A DNA stretch of 64,000 bases from Eledone cirrhosa. Its lineage: Eukaryota. The notes beneath the pieces are model-generated. The model saw only the letters and a list, made by a program, of their open reading frames with translations. It was not told the DNA's origin and ran no database searches. This document shows positions 52,405 to 64,000 of this stretch, piece after piece. The stretch's first letter is position 1; each line of letters starts with the position of its first letter. The stretch is from positions 21,452,001 through 21,516,000 of the forward strand of contig OZ024761.1 of assembly GCA_964016885.1 (NCBI GenBank), given 5' to 3'. Both the position numbers and the translations under genes were made by a program.

Positions 52405-55400
52405 ATGTATATATATATATATATATGTATGTATACATGTATGTCAATATGCGGGAATGACCAAGCATGGATGAGTTGAGGGAGAAACTGGGTATAAGAG
52501 GGATAAGTTGTAGTGTGCAGGAGAGAAGACTGAGATGTTATGGACATGTGATGCGCATGGAGGATGACCGCTGGGTAAAGAAGTGCCAAGAAATCCCAGT
52601 AAAAGGAAGACGCAGTAGAGGTAGACCACGAGAAACATGGGCAGAGGTGATGAGAGCAGATGACGAAGATGACGAAGGACCGTGACAAGTGGAGAGATGC
52701 TGTGCTGAATAGGTCCCGTCCCACCCTTGCAAGCAGGGAATGTAAAATGCAAATGTAAAATGATGATGATATATATATGCATGGTTCCGTAACTCCTGGT
52801 AGAATTAAAGGGACGCTGTATTGACATACGGCATTATTTCGGTGGAGCCAATCTCCTCTCCAGGCCTGAATACAACAGATTTCTTCCAGAGAAAGAGATA
52901 GAAAGAAATATAGAGGAAGAATCAACCCCAGTACTTGACTGGTACTTTTCTTTTATCGACCTCGTCGAAAGGATGAAAGGCAAAGTTGACCTCAGTGGGA
53001 TTTGAACTCAGAGAGTCGGAACGAATACCATAAAGCATTCTATCATGAAGGGAAGTGTTGAAGGGAAGTGTTGAATATGTTGATGTTAGATGTGGGACAT
53101 AAACTTGATATACTGGATAAGAAGGGAACTTAATCCTTTACTCTACATTCTAACTACTAAATATATATCATCTCAGCACTGGCTGGCAGTCTGTCTGTCG
53201 TGGTCACTTTATATAGAGGGGGGGGGGGGGTACCATGTGAGAGAGATATACATATAGAGAAGTGGGAGTACCATGTGAGAGAGATATACATATAGAGAAG
53301 TGGGAGTACCATGTGAGAGAGATATACATATAGAGAAGTGGGAGTACCATGTGAGAGAGATATACATATAGAGAAGTGGGAGTACCATGTGAGAGAGATA
53401 TACATACATACATATATATAGAGAGAGAGCGAAGAGAGAGAGTGTGTGTATGTGTGTGACAGAAAGAGGGATAAAATAACATTGGCTTCCTCTGGTGTGT
53501 GTATATATATATATGTGTGTGTGTGTATGTGTATATATATGTATGTGTGTGTATATATATATGTATGTGTGTGTGTATGTGTATATATATATGTGTGTAT
53601 ATATATATGTGTGTATATATCATTCTTGTTTGTTCAAACTGGTCATGGTTGGTTGGTCTGGGTGAAACAGTCTTTCTAGTAAAATATCCAATTCCACCAA
53701 CTGGACATATTGAGTAGTAGTGGAAATGGTGGTGGTAGTGTTGGTGTCAGGAGTAGTAGTAGTAGTAGTAGTGTTGGTGGTGGTGTTGGTGTCAGGAGTA
53801 GTAGTAGTAGTGTTGGTGGTAGTGTTGGTAGTAGTCCCCCCACCCCACCCTTCAATCATGACAGAAGATGGAAGCCTGGATGAGAGAGTTTTAGAGAGCT
53901 GGTAGTAGGTGACTAGAAAGAGAGGTATATAGAGAGCCTAAAGAGTGGGACACCGGCAAAGTGAGACACTATAAGAACTGGACGTACTGGTTAGTAGAGA
54001 GATGGAGAGAGCCTATAGAGTGGGACACATGTAGACTGATTCACCTGTAAGGTGGGACACATGTGAAGTGAGACACCTGTGAAGTGGGACACCTGTGAAG
54101 TGGGACACCTGTAAGGTGAGACACATGTAAGGTGAGACACATGTAAGGTGAGACACCTGTGAAGTGATACACCTACAAAGCGAGACGCCTGTGAAGTGGG
54201 ACGCCTGGGAAGTGGGACGCCTGGGAAGTGGGACGCCTACGAAGTGAGACACCACAGATGAGACAAGGGAGAACTGTGCCTAGTGAAAAGACTCTATAAC
54301 CTAAGGAGGTGACACCTCTACGCTACATTACAATAAATATTGAACACTTACTTTTCTTGGAACTGTAAAAGGAATAACTTCACAGAGGCCATTATTGAGA
54401 AGTTTGTAGAATCTACAAAAACAGGAAGAAGAAAATATTGTTTTATTTCTTTTCAGTTGAAACGGAACAATTTTCAATAAACAGATGAAAGTTAATTATT
54501 AATTTAACAGGTGAAAGACAAAAAAGATAGAAAAGAAAATAAAGAAAAGAATAGAAGCCCCCTCCCCCCTCCTCCTCTACTTCCTTCCACAGTCATTTCC
54601 ATCTCACCAAACATACCAAAATATGTATATAAAGATGATGATGATGTTGTTGTTTAGTGTGAGGTCAGCCATAATTTGACCAAAAAGAGGGTCCAGCTGT
54701 GACCATCTTGCTATTTTAGAAATAGGAAAAATTACACAGTCCAGTGTGTAATTTTTAATTAACCTTTTAACATTTAAACCAGCCATAACCAGTTTCTCAT
54801 ACTTATGTTAAGGTATTGTTCTCAAAATAAATATCAAAAGCTCGTAGATTTGATATCATATGAGATATTATGTGAGGTAAAGCCTTTACTGTGAAAATAC
54901 AATAGTATATATAGAGTAATGTAAATGTTAAAAGGTTAATGCAATAGAATGAGACTTTGAAAGAATTGGGTGTTTGTTTCTAGCACATCAATCGACCACA
55001 CAGAGACCTCGCCGTTGGTTTTAAGTAGAAACAGTTGACACTAATGTTACAATGAGGATGTTGGCCACTTACCTTGCAATTTCACATTGATTCACGTTAA
55101 CACCACGTTTTGGCATCATACCTATACCTCGTTGTGGTTCTGACGACTTGTAATTATTCAGTGCATATATAAATGGTGATTCTTCGATTATTTCATAGTA
55201 AGAAATACCACAGTCACCCTGGCAACAAATAATAATAATAATAATAATAATAAAGTGGGAGGTAAAAAGGATTTGGAACTGCCATGAAGTCAAGGTGGTC
55301 CCGATTGTCATAGCCGCACTAGGTACTATCTCAAAAAGTTTCCAGGGATGGTTAACGAAAATTGGCCCCGCCACGCTTTTTGGAACGCTTCAAAAGGCAT

Positions 55401-58400
55401 GCTTGCTGGGAACAGAAAGAACCCTCCGATACGTCCTGAATATCTGAGGCTGCAGGTAGTGGCTTGATATTCATTTCAACAAACTTTCCAGTTAACTAAC
55501 ATCAATGACTGAGACTCAAAGAATAATAATAATAATAATTATTATTTCTACTTTTGGCACAAGGTCAACAATTACCCCAGTGCATTACTGGTACTTTATT
55601 TTATCGACCCCGTAAGGATGAAAGGAAAAGTTAACCTCGGTGGGATTTGAACTCAGAATGGCAAGGGCCGTAACTCTATGCTACAAAGCATGGTGTCCGA
55701 CGCTCTACCGATATTGCCAATCCACTGCCATAGTAACAATAATAATAATAATTGTTTCTACTTTTGGCACAAGGCCAGCAATTACCCAGTGCATTACTGG
55801 TACTTTATAATAATAATAATAATAATAATAATAGTGATAATTGTTTCTACCTTAGGCGCAAGGCCCCCAATTTTAGGGAAGGGGGAAGTTGATTAAATCT
55901 ACCCCAGTACATTACTGGTACTTTATTTTATATACAATACCAATACCTAATAAATATCTAAGTATATCATGGTGTGAAGCAACTGAGAGTACAAGACTCC
56001 TCCCTGGACAGGACACCAGTCCATTGCAGGGTTAAACCCCCAGCTATTGCTCCTGGTACTCCTTTTCAACTGAGTAGACTGGAACAACTTGAAATGAAGT
56101 GTTTTGCTCAAGAACACAACACAGAACCCAGTTCAGGAATTGAACCCACGACATTATGATCAAAAGTCCAACACCCTTACCACTAGGCCACACACCTCTA
56201 CTAAGTATACTGGAGCAATGGAAAATGAAGTGTTTTGCTCAAGAACACAACACAGCCTAGTCCAGGAATCAAACCCACAACATTATGATCGTAAGTCCAA
56301 CACCCTTACCACTAGGCCACATGCTCCACTAATAAATATAAAAACCTCAATGTTCTTACCTTGCCACAGAGATATACCATGTTAGTATCTGGATCGTAAA
56401 GAGGAAAGAGAACACCATTGCTATTATCAACTTCTTGCATTGTCAATGGAGAAGACAGGTCTTTCTGGGAATCGGAAAAGAGGAAGAAAAAAGAAAAAGG
56501 TGAGAAAAAGATGAAATAAAGAGATTTTAAAAAAAAATACAAATTCTACCATTTCTGAATTTTACTCTATATATGCCATTATATTTTCATGGTAAACACT
56601 ATCTCATATAATTATCTGGGTGCTTTTTGTTGTGTCACCATCCCGACCACTTTACAGTGGGGCTGGGGGCTTTTTATCAGGGTACCAAAATGACCACTTT
56701 ACAGTGGGGGCTGGGGGCTTTTTATCAGGGTACCAAAATGACCACTTTACAGTGGAGGCTGGGGGCTTTTTATCAGGGTACTAAAACGACCACTTTACAG
56801 TGGGGGCTGGGTGCTTTTTATCAGGGTACCAAAACGACCACTTTACAGTGGGGGCTGGGTGCTTTTTATCAGGGTACCAAAACGACCACTTTACAGTGGG
56901 GACTGGGTGTATTTGTTTGAAAGTTACAACAATGTGAATTAGAAGTTAAATATTAAAAATACGCTTTGTTTTCCTCACCTCATCCCATAGGGCAAACTGT
57001 CGTTCACTCATTCTAGAAAAACCAGTTGTAAAGATCTTGCCATTCTTTAAGAAAACACATTGAGAGGGTTTAGAACCTTGATGTCCCTTGGCACTCTGGA
57101 ATAATAAAACACAAACACATCAAACAAAACAATAAATGAAATATAATTATTAACACAATTATTGGTACATCAAGTTTAAAACATTAAATTCACAGTAACC
57201 CCACTTGGATTATACCTGGAAAGCCACTTTCATTCCCCAGCCCCCATACAACAAGATACAATTATTAATACAATTACTGGTACATCGAGATTATAACACT
57301 AAATTCACAGTGATCCTATCTGGATCATACCTGGACAGTAATCCCACTTGAATCACACCTAGATCCCACCTGGAAAGTCACTTTCATTTAATCATTGCTC
57401 TACTTTGTCATCTCATATTCACAGCTAATTAGACATTGGTGTGTTAGAGAAATTTCCTTTCAACTTACCTTCACCTCATTACCAGTTCTAGGATCAAGAA
57501 TACGAATCATTTTGTCTTTTGTTGTGACCGCAATACGACTACCATTGTAATTAAAACTGGCAGACAAGATTAAGTCAGGAAGCTCTATTTCAACCAAAGG
57601 TTCCCCAGTTCCACAGTTCCAGATAAAGATCTTATTATCTGAGCCTAAAAGATAAAAAGAATCTCAATATTGAAAGTGACTAAACAGCTGCTGTGAAGAG
57701 AAGGGAATGAAGATGAACAGTGAGGAAAACAGAGATCAAGTCACTGAGACAGACTAAACAGAGATCAGGTCACTGAGACAGACTAAACAGAGATCAGGTC
57801 ACTGAGACAGACTAAACAGAGATCAGGTCACTGAGACAGACTAAACAGAGATCAGGTCACTGAGACAGACTAAACAGAGATCAAGTTACAGAGATAGACT
57901 AAACAGAGATCAAGTTACAGAGATAGACTAAACAGAGATCAAGTTACAGAGACAGGCTAAATAGCAGCAGTGAACAGAAAGGAATGAAGATCAGCAGTGA
58001 AGAGAAGACCATGTCTTGCTCATAAAGAACTGTTTCTGGCTAGATTTCTATGGCTGGATGCCGTTCCTAGTGCCAACCACATTTACAGTGTGGACTGGGT
58101 GCTTTTTGTCATGTCTCTTATAATTCAAATTCAAAAGATATATTGAAAAAGAGTTGAAAAATTAACCCTTTAGCATTTACATTACACTATATATACTATT
58201 ATATTTTCATGGTAAAGGCTTTATTTCACGGTTAGAATGTCTTAGGAGAGAATCGCTGGACAGTTGATATCTATTTTGAGACAGACAACCTTATTGTAGG
58301 TATGAGTGGCCAGTTACAGCCGGTTTGAACAGAAAGAGGTGAGAGAATTCTGGCCAGATATGGCTGGTTTAAATGCTAAAGGGTTAATAAACCGAGTGTG

Positions 58401-58725
58401 TGTATGTGAGGGTGGACAATTATTTGATAGCCCTTCAAGAGAGGTGGTTTATCAATGAAATGAAGTTGTTACCTGCACTGAGAAGGATATTGTGTGCCGA
58501 AGGATGCCACACAACAATTCCAACTCGCCTCTGATGAGCAAGAAGATCGACAACGGATTCTGTCATACATGTTACAAGGCCAGTATCCGGAATCATCCAG
58601 ATCTTCACCGAGCAATCTTCTGATGCACTTGCAATAATGTTGTCATTGTGTGGGCAGAAGGCAATGTCAAGGACTGCAGCCCGGTGACCTGTCACCAATG
58701 CGCAGTCATGTGCAACACGACCAAC
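47074..58725 (-). CDS. Coronin (type I / coronin-1C/6-like WD40 actin-binding protein), 5'-partial, with proximal terminal exon
   Basis: Minus-strand exons 58725-58473, 57644-57469, 57095-56979, 56464-56360, 55218-55073, 54412-54352, 52269-52168, 50342-49983, 47214-47074, in phase with GT-AG introns. Coronin signatures [90 protein letters not shown], Pro-rich unique region, C-terminal coiled coil. First coding exon not found in window. Confidence 0.95.
48408..49053. repeat. 25-bp minisatellite (~26 copies)
   Basis: ATATTTACAGTGA(T/C)GGCCACATAAT. Confidence 0.95.
49205..49710. repeat. Degenerate ~21-bp tandem repeat
   Basis: AATATTATGAGGGGGTTGCAT-like units. Confidence 0.8.
50388..51640. repeat. 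Compound CA/TA-rich microsatellite
   Basis: CAGACATA / CATACACA / CAGACTATAA and TATATCACA units. Confidence 0.9.
52445..52770 (+). mobile_element. RTE-type LINE 3' end with (ATG)n tail
   Basis: ELREKLGI...[23 protein letters not shown]...GRPRETW. Shorter copies at ~9690-9830, 11740-11850, 27020-27185(-). Confidence 0.75.
55253..55521 (+). mobile_element. R4/Dong-clade non-LTR retrotransposon 3' fragment in (TAA)n
   Basis: Encodes [28 protein letters not shown]...[19 protein letters not shown]; (TAA)n on both sides. Confidence 0.7.
57726..57958. repeat. 29-bp minisatellite (x8)
   Basis: AAACAGAGATCAGGTCACTGAGACAGACT. Confidence 0.9.
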
Positions 58726-58848
58726 CTGTTAAAGAGAAAGAAAAAGAAACAAAAAAAAAAAAACATTATAAATAAAGCTGCTGACTTAGGAAGCATTGGG
58801 AGAATTTGAAAATTTGTTATGTTGCCTAACATAAACAGTATAATATAT

Positions 58849-59122
58849 TTAATTAGAAAGTAAACAACACAATATATAACTACTCCATTACCAAAGGTTT
58901 CTGGATCACAGACAATAATAATATACGTCTGGATCGGTCGTCAGACAGAGATGATATCTCTCGCTGATGAACCATCCAGACATATATTATTATTGTCTGG
59001 CATCCAGAAACCTTTGGTAATGGAGTAGTTATATATTGTGTTGTTCACTTTATAATTAAATAGCTCTGTTCTATACATAGAGCACTCTTTTTTCCTTTGC
59101 TTTTCGTTCGGAATTACCTAAC
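58849..59122. mobile_element. Palindromic Penelope-like terminal element
   Basis: ~100-bp imperfect inverted arms plus tail TAGCTCTGTTCTATACATAGAGCACTC, similar to the 44472 element. Confidence 0.6.
58883..58950 (-). ncRNA. Hammerhead ribozyme candidate in a related palindrome (second core on + strand at 58964-59019)
   Basis: Minus strand: CTCTGT-CTGACGA-[GATCCAGACG...TGTCTGTGATC hairpin]-GAAACCTTTGGTA-ATGGAG with a 6-bp stem I. Plus strand: CTGATGA...GAAACCTTTGGTA. Confidence 0.55.
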
Positions 59123-60992
59123 ATATATATATGTGAAACACTGGTAGGTTATATCCGTAGTAGTAGAGCACTCAGTCCATGGGACGAGTGTGGTAGAAGT
59201 TCCACAACTGTTAGTTTACCATTATCAAGGACATATCTTTCACCAAGCCAAAGATCCGCAAGGTGAAACAAATTGTCCTCAATATATACATATACTTCCC
59301 AAGAATGGCTGACTAAACACATGTAAAATGTTTTGTTTTTTTCATTTATTCTGCTTCTTACTCTTTTCTATCCTATCTTCTGATAAAGGACTAACATCTG
59401 AAACATTAATACTTTTCACCTTCTATATCAAGCATTAAACTAATATATATCTTCATGGTACCTATAACCCAAAAGGGCCAGCCTTGTCAAAGAGAGTCTG
59501 AATCTCCCTGAAAGCTATATTAAGGGTGCACATGTCTGTAAAACAAATGTTCAGAGAGCCACAAGCAAAAGCAAAAACAAAAAAAACAAAAACAAATACT
59601 GAAAAATATTAATGAAACTGAATTTTAATTCTAAATACAAAATTATAATTCTGATATTAATTTGTCAACCCAAGACATAGAAAATGTGTCGAGAATTTCA
59701 TGAAGTACCTCTCTAAAAGATGAAGGGTAAAGTTGACCCCTAGCAAAATATTTGAACTCTGAGCTCAAAGAGCTGGACACGGAATAGGTTTTTTGCTAAA
59801 ACAAGGAAGTAGATTTGGTTTTTAAAAAAAAGGGTCTTAAGTCGGTCTCAAGCTGAGAGGTTCACGAGGCCGGTACTTATCCCGGTTTCCATGGCATGAA
59901 GTGACTGAGAGTACAAGACTTCCCCCTGGACAGGACACCAGTCCATCACAGGGTTAAACTCCCAGCTATTGTTGGTACTTTATCCTGGTTTACTGCGGTG
60001 TGAAGTGACTAAAAGTACATGACTACAGCTGATGGTACTCATTTTAAACTGAGAATACCCCCAACAACATCAACACCAACACCACTACCACCAACATCAA
60101 CACCAACACCACCAACATCACCAACACCATCAACAACACTACCATCACCAACACCAACACCAACGCCTATTTTCGTTTGTCATGACCTCAGATCTATGTG
60201 ACCTTTCTACCAGAAACCTGTCATGCCATCTCTTCTCTTGTCAATTGATACCTCCCCCCTCACTCCTCCTTACGCACACTGACACACAGACGCACTGACA
60301 CACAGACACACACACATACAGGCACACGCTGACACACACACACACCATCTGACAGCCACACAGAGACATTCTCAGACATCATCCCACACACACTGGTACA
60401 CACACATTCTCAGACACACACACACACAGGTACACGTAACTCTTTGCCACTCGTCTACTGTGTGATCCACCCACATGTGCTTGCTCACACACACACACAC
60501 ACACATACACACAGACTGACTCTCACACACACACACACACAGACTGACTCACACACACACATAGACTGACTCACACACACACACAGACTGACTCTCACAC
60601 ACACACATACACACAGACTGACTCTCACACACACACACACACTCACCGACATTCACGCAACGCAAAAAACGGACACCATTTTTGGGCCTGAAAATATTTT
60701 TAACTTGCCGAGGTTTCTATTTATAAATAAGAGGAAATACTACAGCAATTCAATGTATTCTTCTTCTTCTTCTTGTTCTTCTTCTTCTTCTTCTTCTTCT
60801 TGTTCTAGCCGGTTTATTTACAGCCAGACATCGTTTCTTTCAGGCTAGTTCCTCGTCTTTTTTTTTTCTCATCACCATTATTATTATTATTATCACTATT
60901 ATTATGATTCTAAGTTTACCTGAGATGTTTATTGGTTGCTTCCTGAATGTAGTAAATAATTCTTGTATACCTGACTTTTGTGGGGGCGAGGG

Positions 60993-61023
<31 letters not shown>

Positions 61024-62267
61024 TCTATATATATATATATCTGTTTCAGTCACTCTCTCTCTCTCAGTCTCTCTGCTATTTTTTTTTCACTCTTTTTTTT
61101 CTCTCCCAGTCTCTTTCTCACACACTCTCTCTCTCTCTCTCTCTCCTAGTCTTTTTGTCTCCCTCAGTCTCTCTCTCCGTTAGTCTATCAGCCTCTCTCT
61201 GCCACCCAGTCTCTTTCTCATTCTCTCTATATATATATCAGTCTCTCTCTCTCTCCCTTAGTCTCTTTATCAGTCTCTCTCTCTCTCTCTCTCTCTCTCC
61301 CTGAGTCTCTTAAGCAGTCTCTCTCTCCCCCTTAGTCTCTCTCTTTCACACTGTCTCCCAGTCTCTCCCCCTTCACTCTCTCTCTCCTCATATTCTTTAT
61401 AAATGGAATGTTGTAGTTATTACTTTCGTTAATCTTGTCTTTTCTCTCTCTTCTTCTATTTTATTGTTGCTCTACCTCACTATTCCGCCATATTGTTGCT
61501 CTACCTCACTATTCCGCCATATTGTTGCTCTACCTCACTATTCCGCCATCGTCTACCAAGGAGGAATGTTACCAAACTGAACTTTCTTTACTTTCCTCGT
61601 TGTCATTCTTTTACATTTAGCAACAACCGTTCCTCATTCTTAGCAAACATCACCACCACCACCACCACCACCATCACCATCACCATCACCATCAACACCA
61701 CCACCATCACCACCACCATCAACACCACCACCATCACCACCACCATCAACACCACCACCATCACCACCAACACCATCACCATCACTATCACCACCATCAC
61801 CATCAACACCACCACCATCACTATCACCACCACCATCATCAACACTATTACCATCACTATCATCACCACCACCACCACCACCACCACCACCACCATCACT
61901 ATCATCATCATCCTCGTTTAACCCACCTCCTCTCAGCTAAAGTTATACCTGAAAATTAGCAGATTTTTCAAACCCACATTTTCTTTCTTATTTGCTTTTT
62001 TAAAAAAAAATCATTTCTCAATTCCTGCACGAAGTCTGACTCTTAGATAAATGTAAAGGTGTAATATAATCAGTTTCTGTTTGCAATTAAGGTTTGGTCG
62101 ATCTCACCTGTCCAGGGGGCCTCTGAATGGCCACAGGGAGGGCGGTGTCCAAAGACCACGCCGGCACCTCCCAAAGACCACGACCTCTCACATGATTCTC
62201 TCCAATACCATCCACCCCTCTCAACTCTCCAAAATACCATCCACTCCTTTAATGCTCTACAACACCA

Positions 62268-63302
62268 CCCACCCGTCTCACGAGCCCTCCCCCTTCTTAC
62301 CATCGCTATCCACCCGTCTCACGACCCCCCCCTCTCTCTCTCCATCACTATCCACCCGTCTCACGACCCCCCCCTCCTCTCTCTCCATCACTATCCACCC
62401 GTCTCACGACCCCCCCCTCTCTCCATCACTATCCACCCGTCTCACGACCCCCCCTCTCTCTCCATCGCTATCCACCCGTCTCACGACCCCCCCCTCTCTC
62501 CATCACTATCCACCCGTCTCACGACCCCCCTCTCTCTCTCCATCACTATCCACCCGTCTCACGACCCCCCCTCCTCTCTCTCCATCACTATCCACCCGTC
62601 TCACGACCCCCCCTCTCTCTCCATCACTATCCACCCGTCTCACGACCCCCCCTCCTCTCTCTCCATCACTATCCACCCGTCTCACGACCCCCCCCCCCCC
62701 CTCCTCTCTCTCCATCACTATCCACCCGTCTCACGACCCCCCCTCTCTCCATCACTATCCACCCGTCTCACGACCCCCCTCTCTCTCCTTCGCTATCCAC
62801 CCGTCTCACGACCACCCCCCCTCTCTCCATCACTATCCACCCGTCTCACGACCCCCCTCTCTCTCTCCATCACTATCCACCCGTCTCACGACCCCCCCTC
62901 CTCTCTCTCCATCACTATCCACCCGTCTCACGACCCCCCTCTCTCTCCATCACTATCCACCCGTCTCACGACCCCCCCTCCTCTCTCTCCATCACTATCC
63001 ACCCGTCTCACGACCCCCCCCCCCCCCCCCCTCCTCTCTCTCCATCACTATCCACCCGTCTCACGACCCCCCTCTCTCTCCATCACTATCCACCCGTCTC
63101 ACGACCCCCCTCCTCTCTCTCCATCACTATCCACCCGTCTCACGACCCCCCCCTCTCTCTCTCCATCACTATCCACCCGTCTCACGACCCCCCCTCCTCT
63201 CTCTCCATCACTATCCACCCGTCTCACGACCCCCCCTCCTCTCTCTCCATCACTATCCACCCGTCTCACGACCCCCTCCTCTCTCTCCATCACTATCCAC
63301 CC
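62268..63302. repeat. C-rich ~40-bp minisatellite with variable poly-C
   Basis: CTCTCTCCATCACTATCCACCCGTCTCACGAC(C)n, ~24 copies. Confidence 0.92.
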
Positions 63303-64000
63303 TTTAAAGATCTTCCCAAACAAGTTTATTTTCATCGCGAAACTGTTTTTCTTCAACAATTATCTCCCTTACATTTGTATGTCTCACACGACTCACCGCC
63401 ACCCTGCACTCCCACTCCACCCTGCTCCCCTCACCGCCACCCTGCACTACCTCCTCCACCCTGCTCCCCTCACCGCCTCCACTCACCGCCACCACCGATG
63501 GAGTGGGTGGAGGGGGGGGGGGGGGACATTAGCTAGTTAGGAACAAAAGAAGGTAGGAAGAGAGGAAAGACAGCATACATACATATACACACACACACAC
63601 ACACATATATACATACACACATATACATACATACATACATATATACATACATACATACATACACACATATACATACATACATAGATACATATATACATAC
63701 ATGCACACATATATACCTGTGTACATACACTCGTATATGCACATATATATACACGGATACAAATACATACATGCATACATACACACACACATATACATGC
63801 ATACACACACACACACACACGCATACACACACATATATATATACAGGAGATAGCATGTTGGTGGTTGAATCACTGCCAGTTCAGAGATTTTCTTCTGGAT
63901 GTGGTTGAACATGTGTGTGTTTATGTGGCAAAATGTGTGTGTGTTTATGTGGCAAAATGTGTGTGTGTTTATGTGGCAAAATGTGTGTGTGTTTGTGTGG

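Noticed and set aside
62081-63307. 408-aa Pro/Ser-rich ORF
   Set aside because: C-rich minisatellite with frame-shifting unit lengths; no ATG start or gene context.

Overview
Eukaryotic, AT-rich, intron- and repeat-dense animal DNA. The SINE/MITE/(TA)n landscape suggests an octopus-type cephalopod (inference). Three spliced genes were reconstructed by hand from GT-AG boundaries and reading frame. (1) The 3' 16 exons of an intact tRNA m5U54 methyltransferase TRMT2A (+, 524-13550), ending in a coding minisatellite. (2) An adjacent tandem paralog (+, ~17840-30876, ~489 aa) with an open frame and mostly synonymous divergence, but with the SAM-binding and catalytic motifs altered (FFQ>FFS, DICCG>NICCS, DPPR>DSPC, HCE>LCV) while the catalytic Cys is kept. 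It also lacks four consecutive introns and apparently the RRM, making it a candidate pseudo-methyltransferase. (3) A convergent coronin (-, 5' end outside the window) with two duplicated alternative last exons encoding different coiled-coils. Non-coding DNA holds palindromic elements in (TA)n tracts, several with hammerhead-ribozyme cores (Penelope-like termini), plus piggyBac-type MITEs, SINEs, an Hsmar2-like mariner, CRE, R4/Dong, RTE and CR1 LINE remnants, and many minisatellites amplified from inside these elements. Most long ORFs in the supplied track are repeat artefacts.
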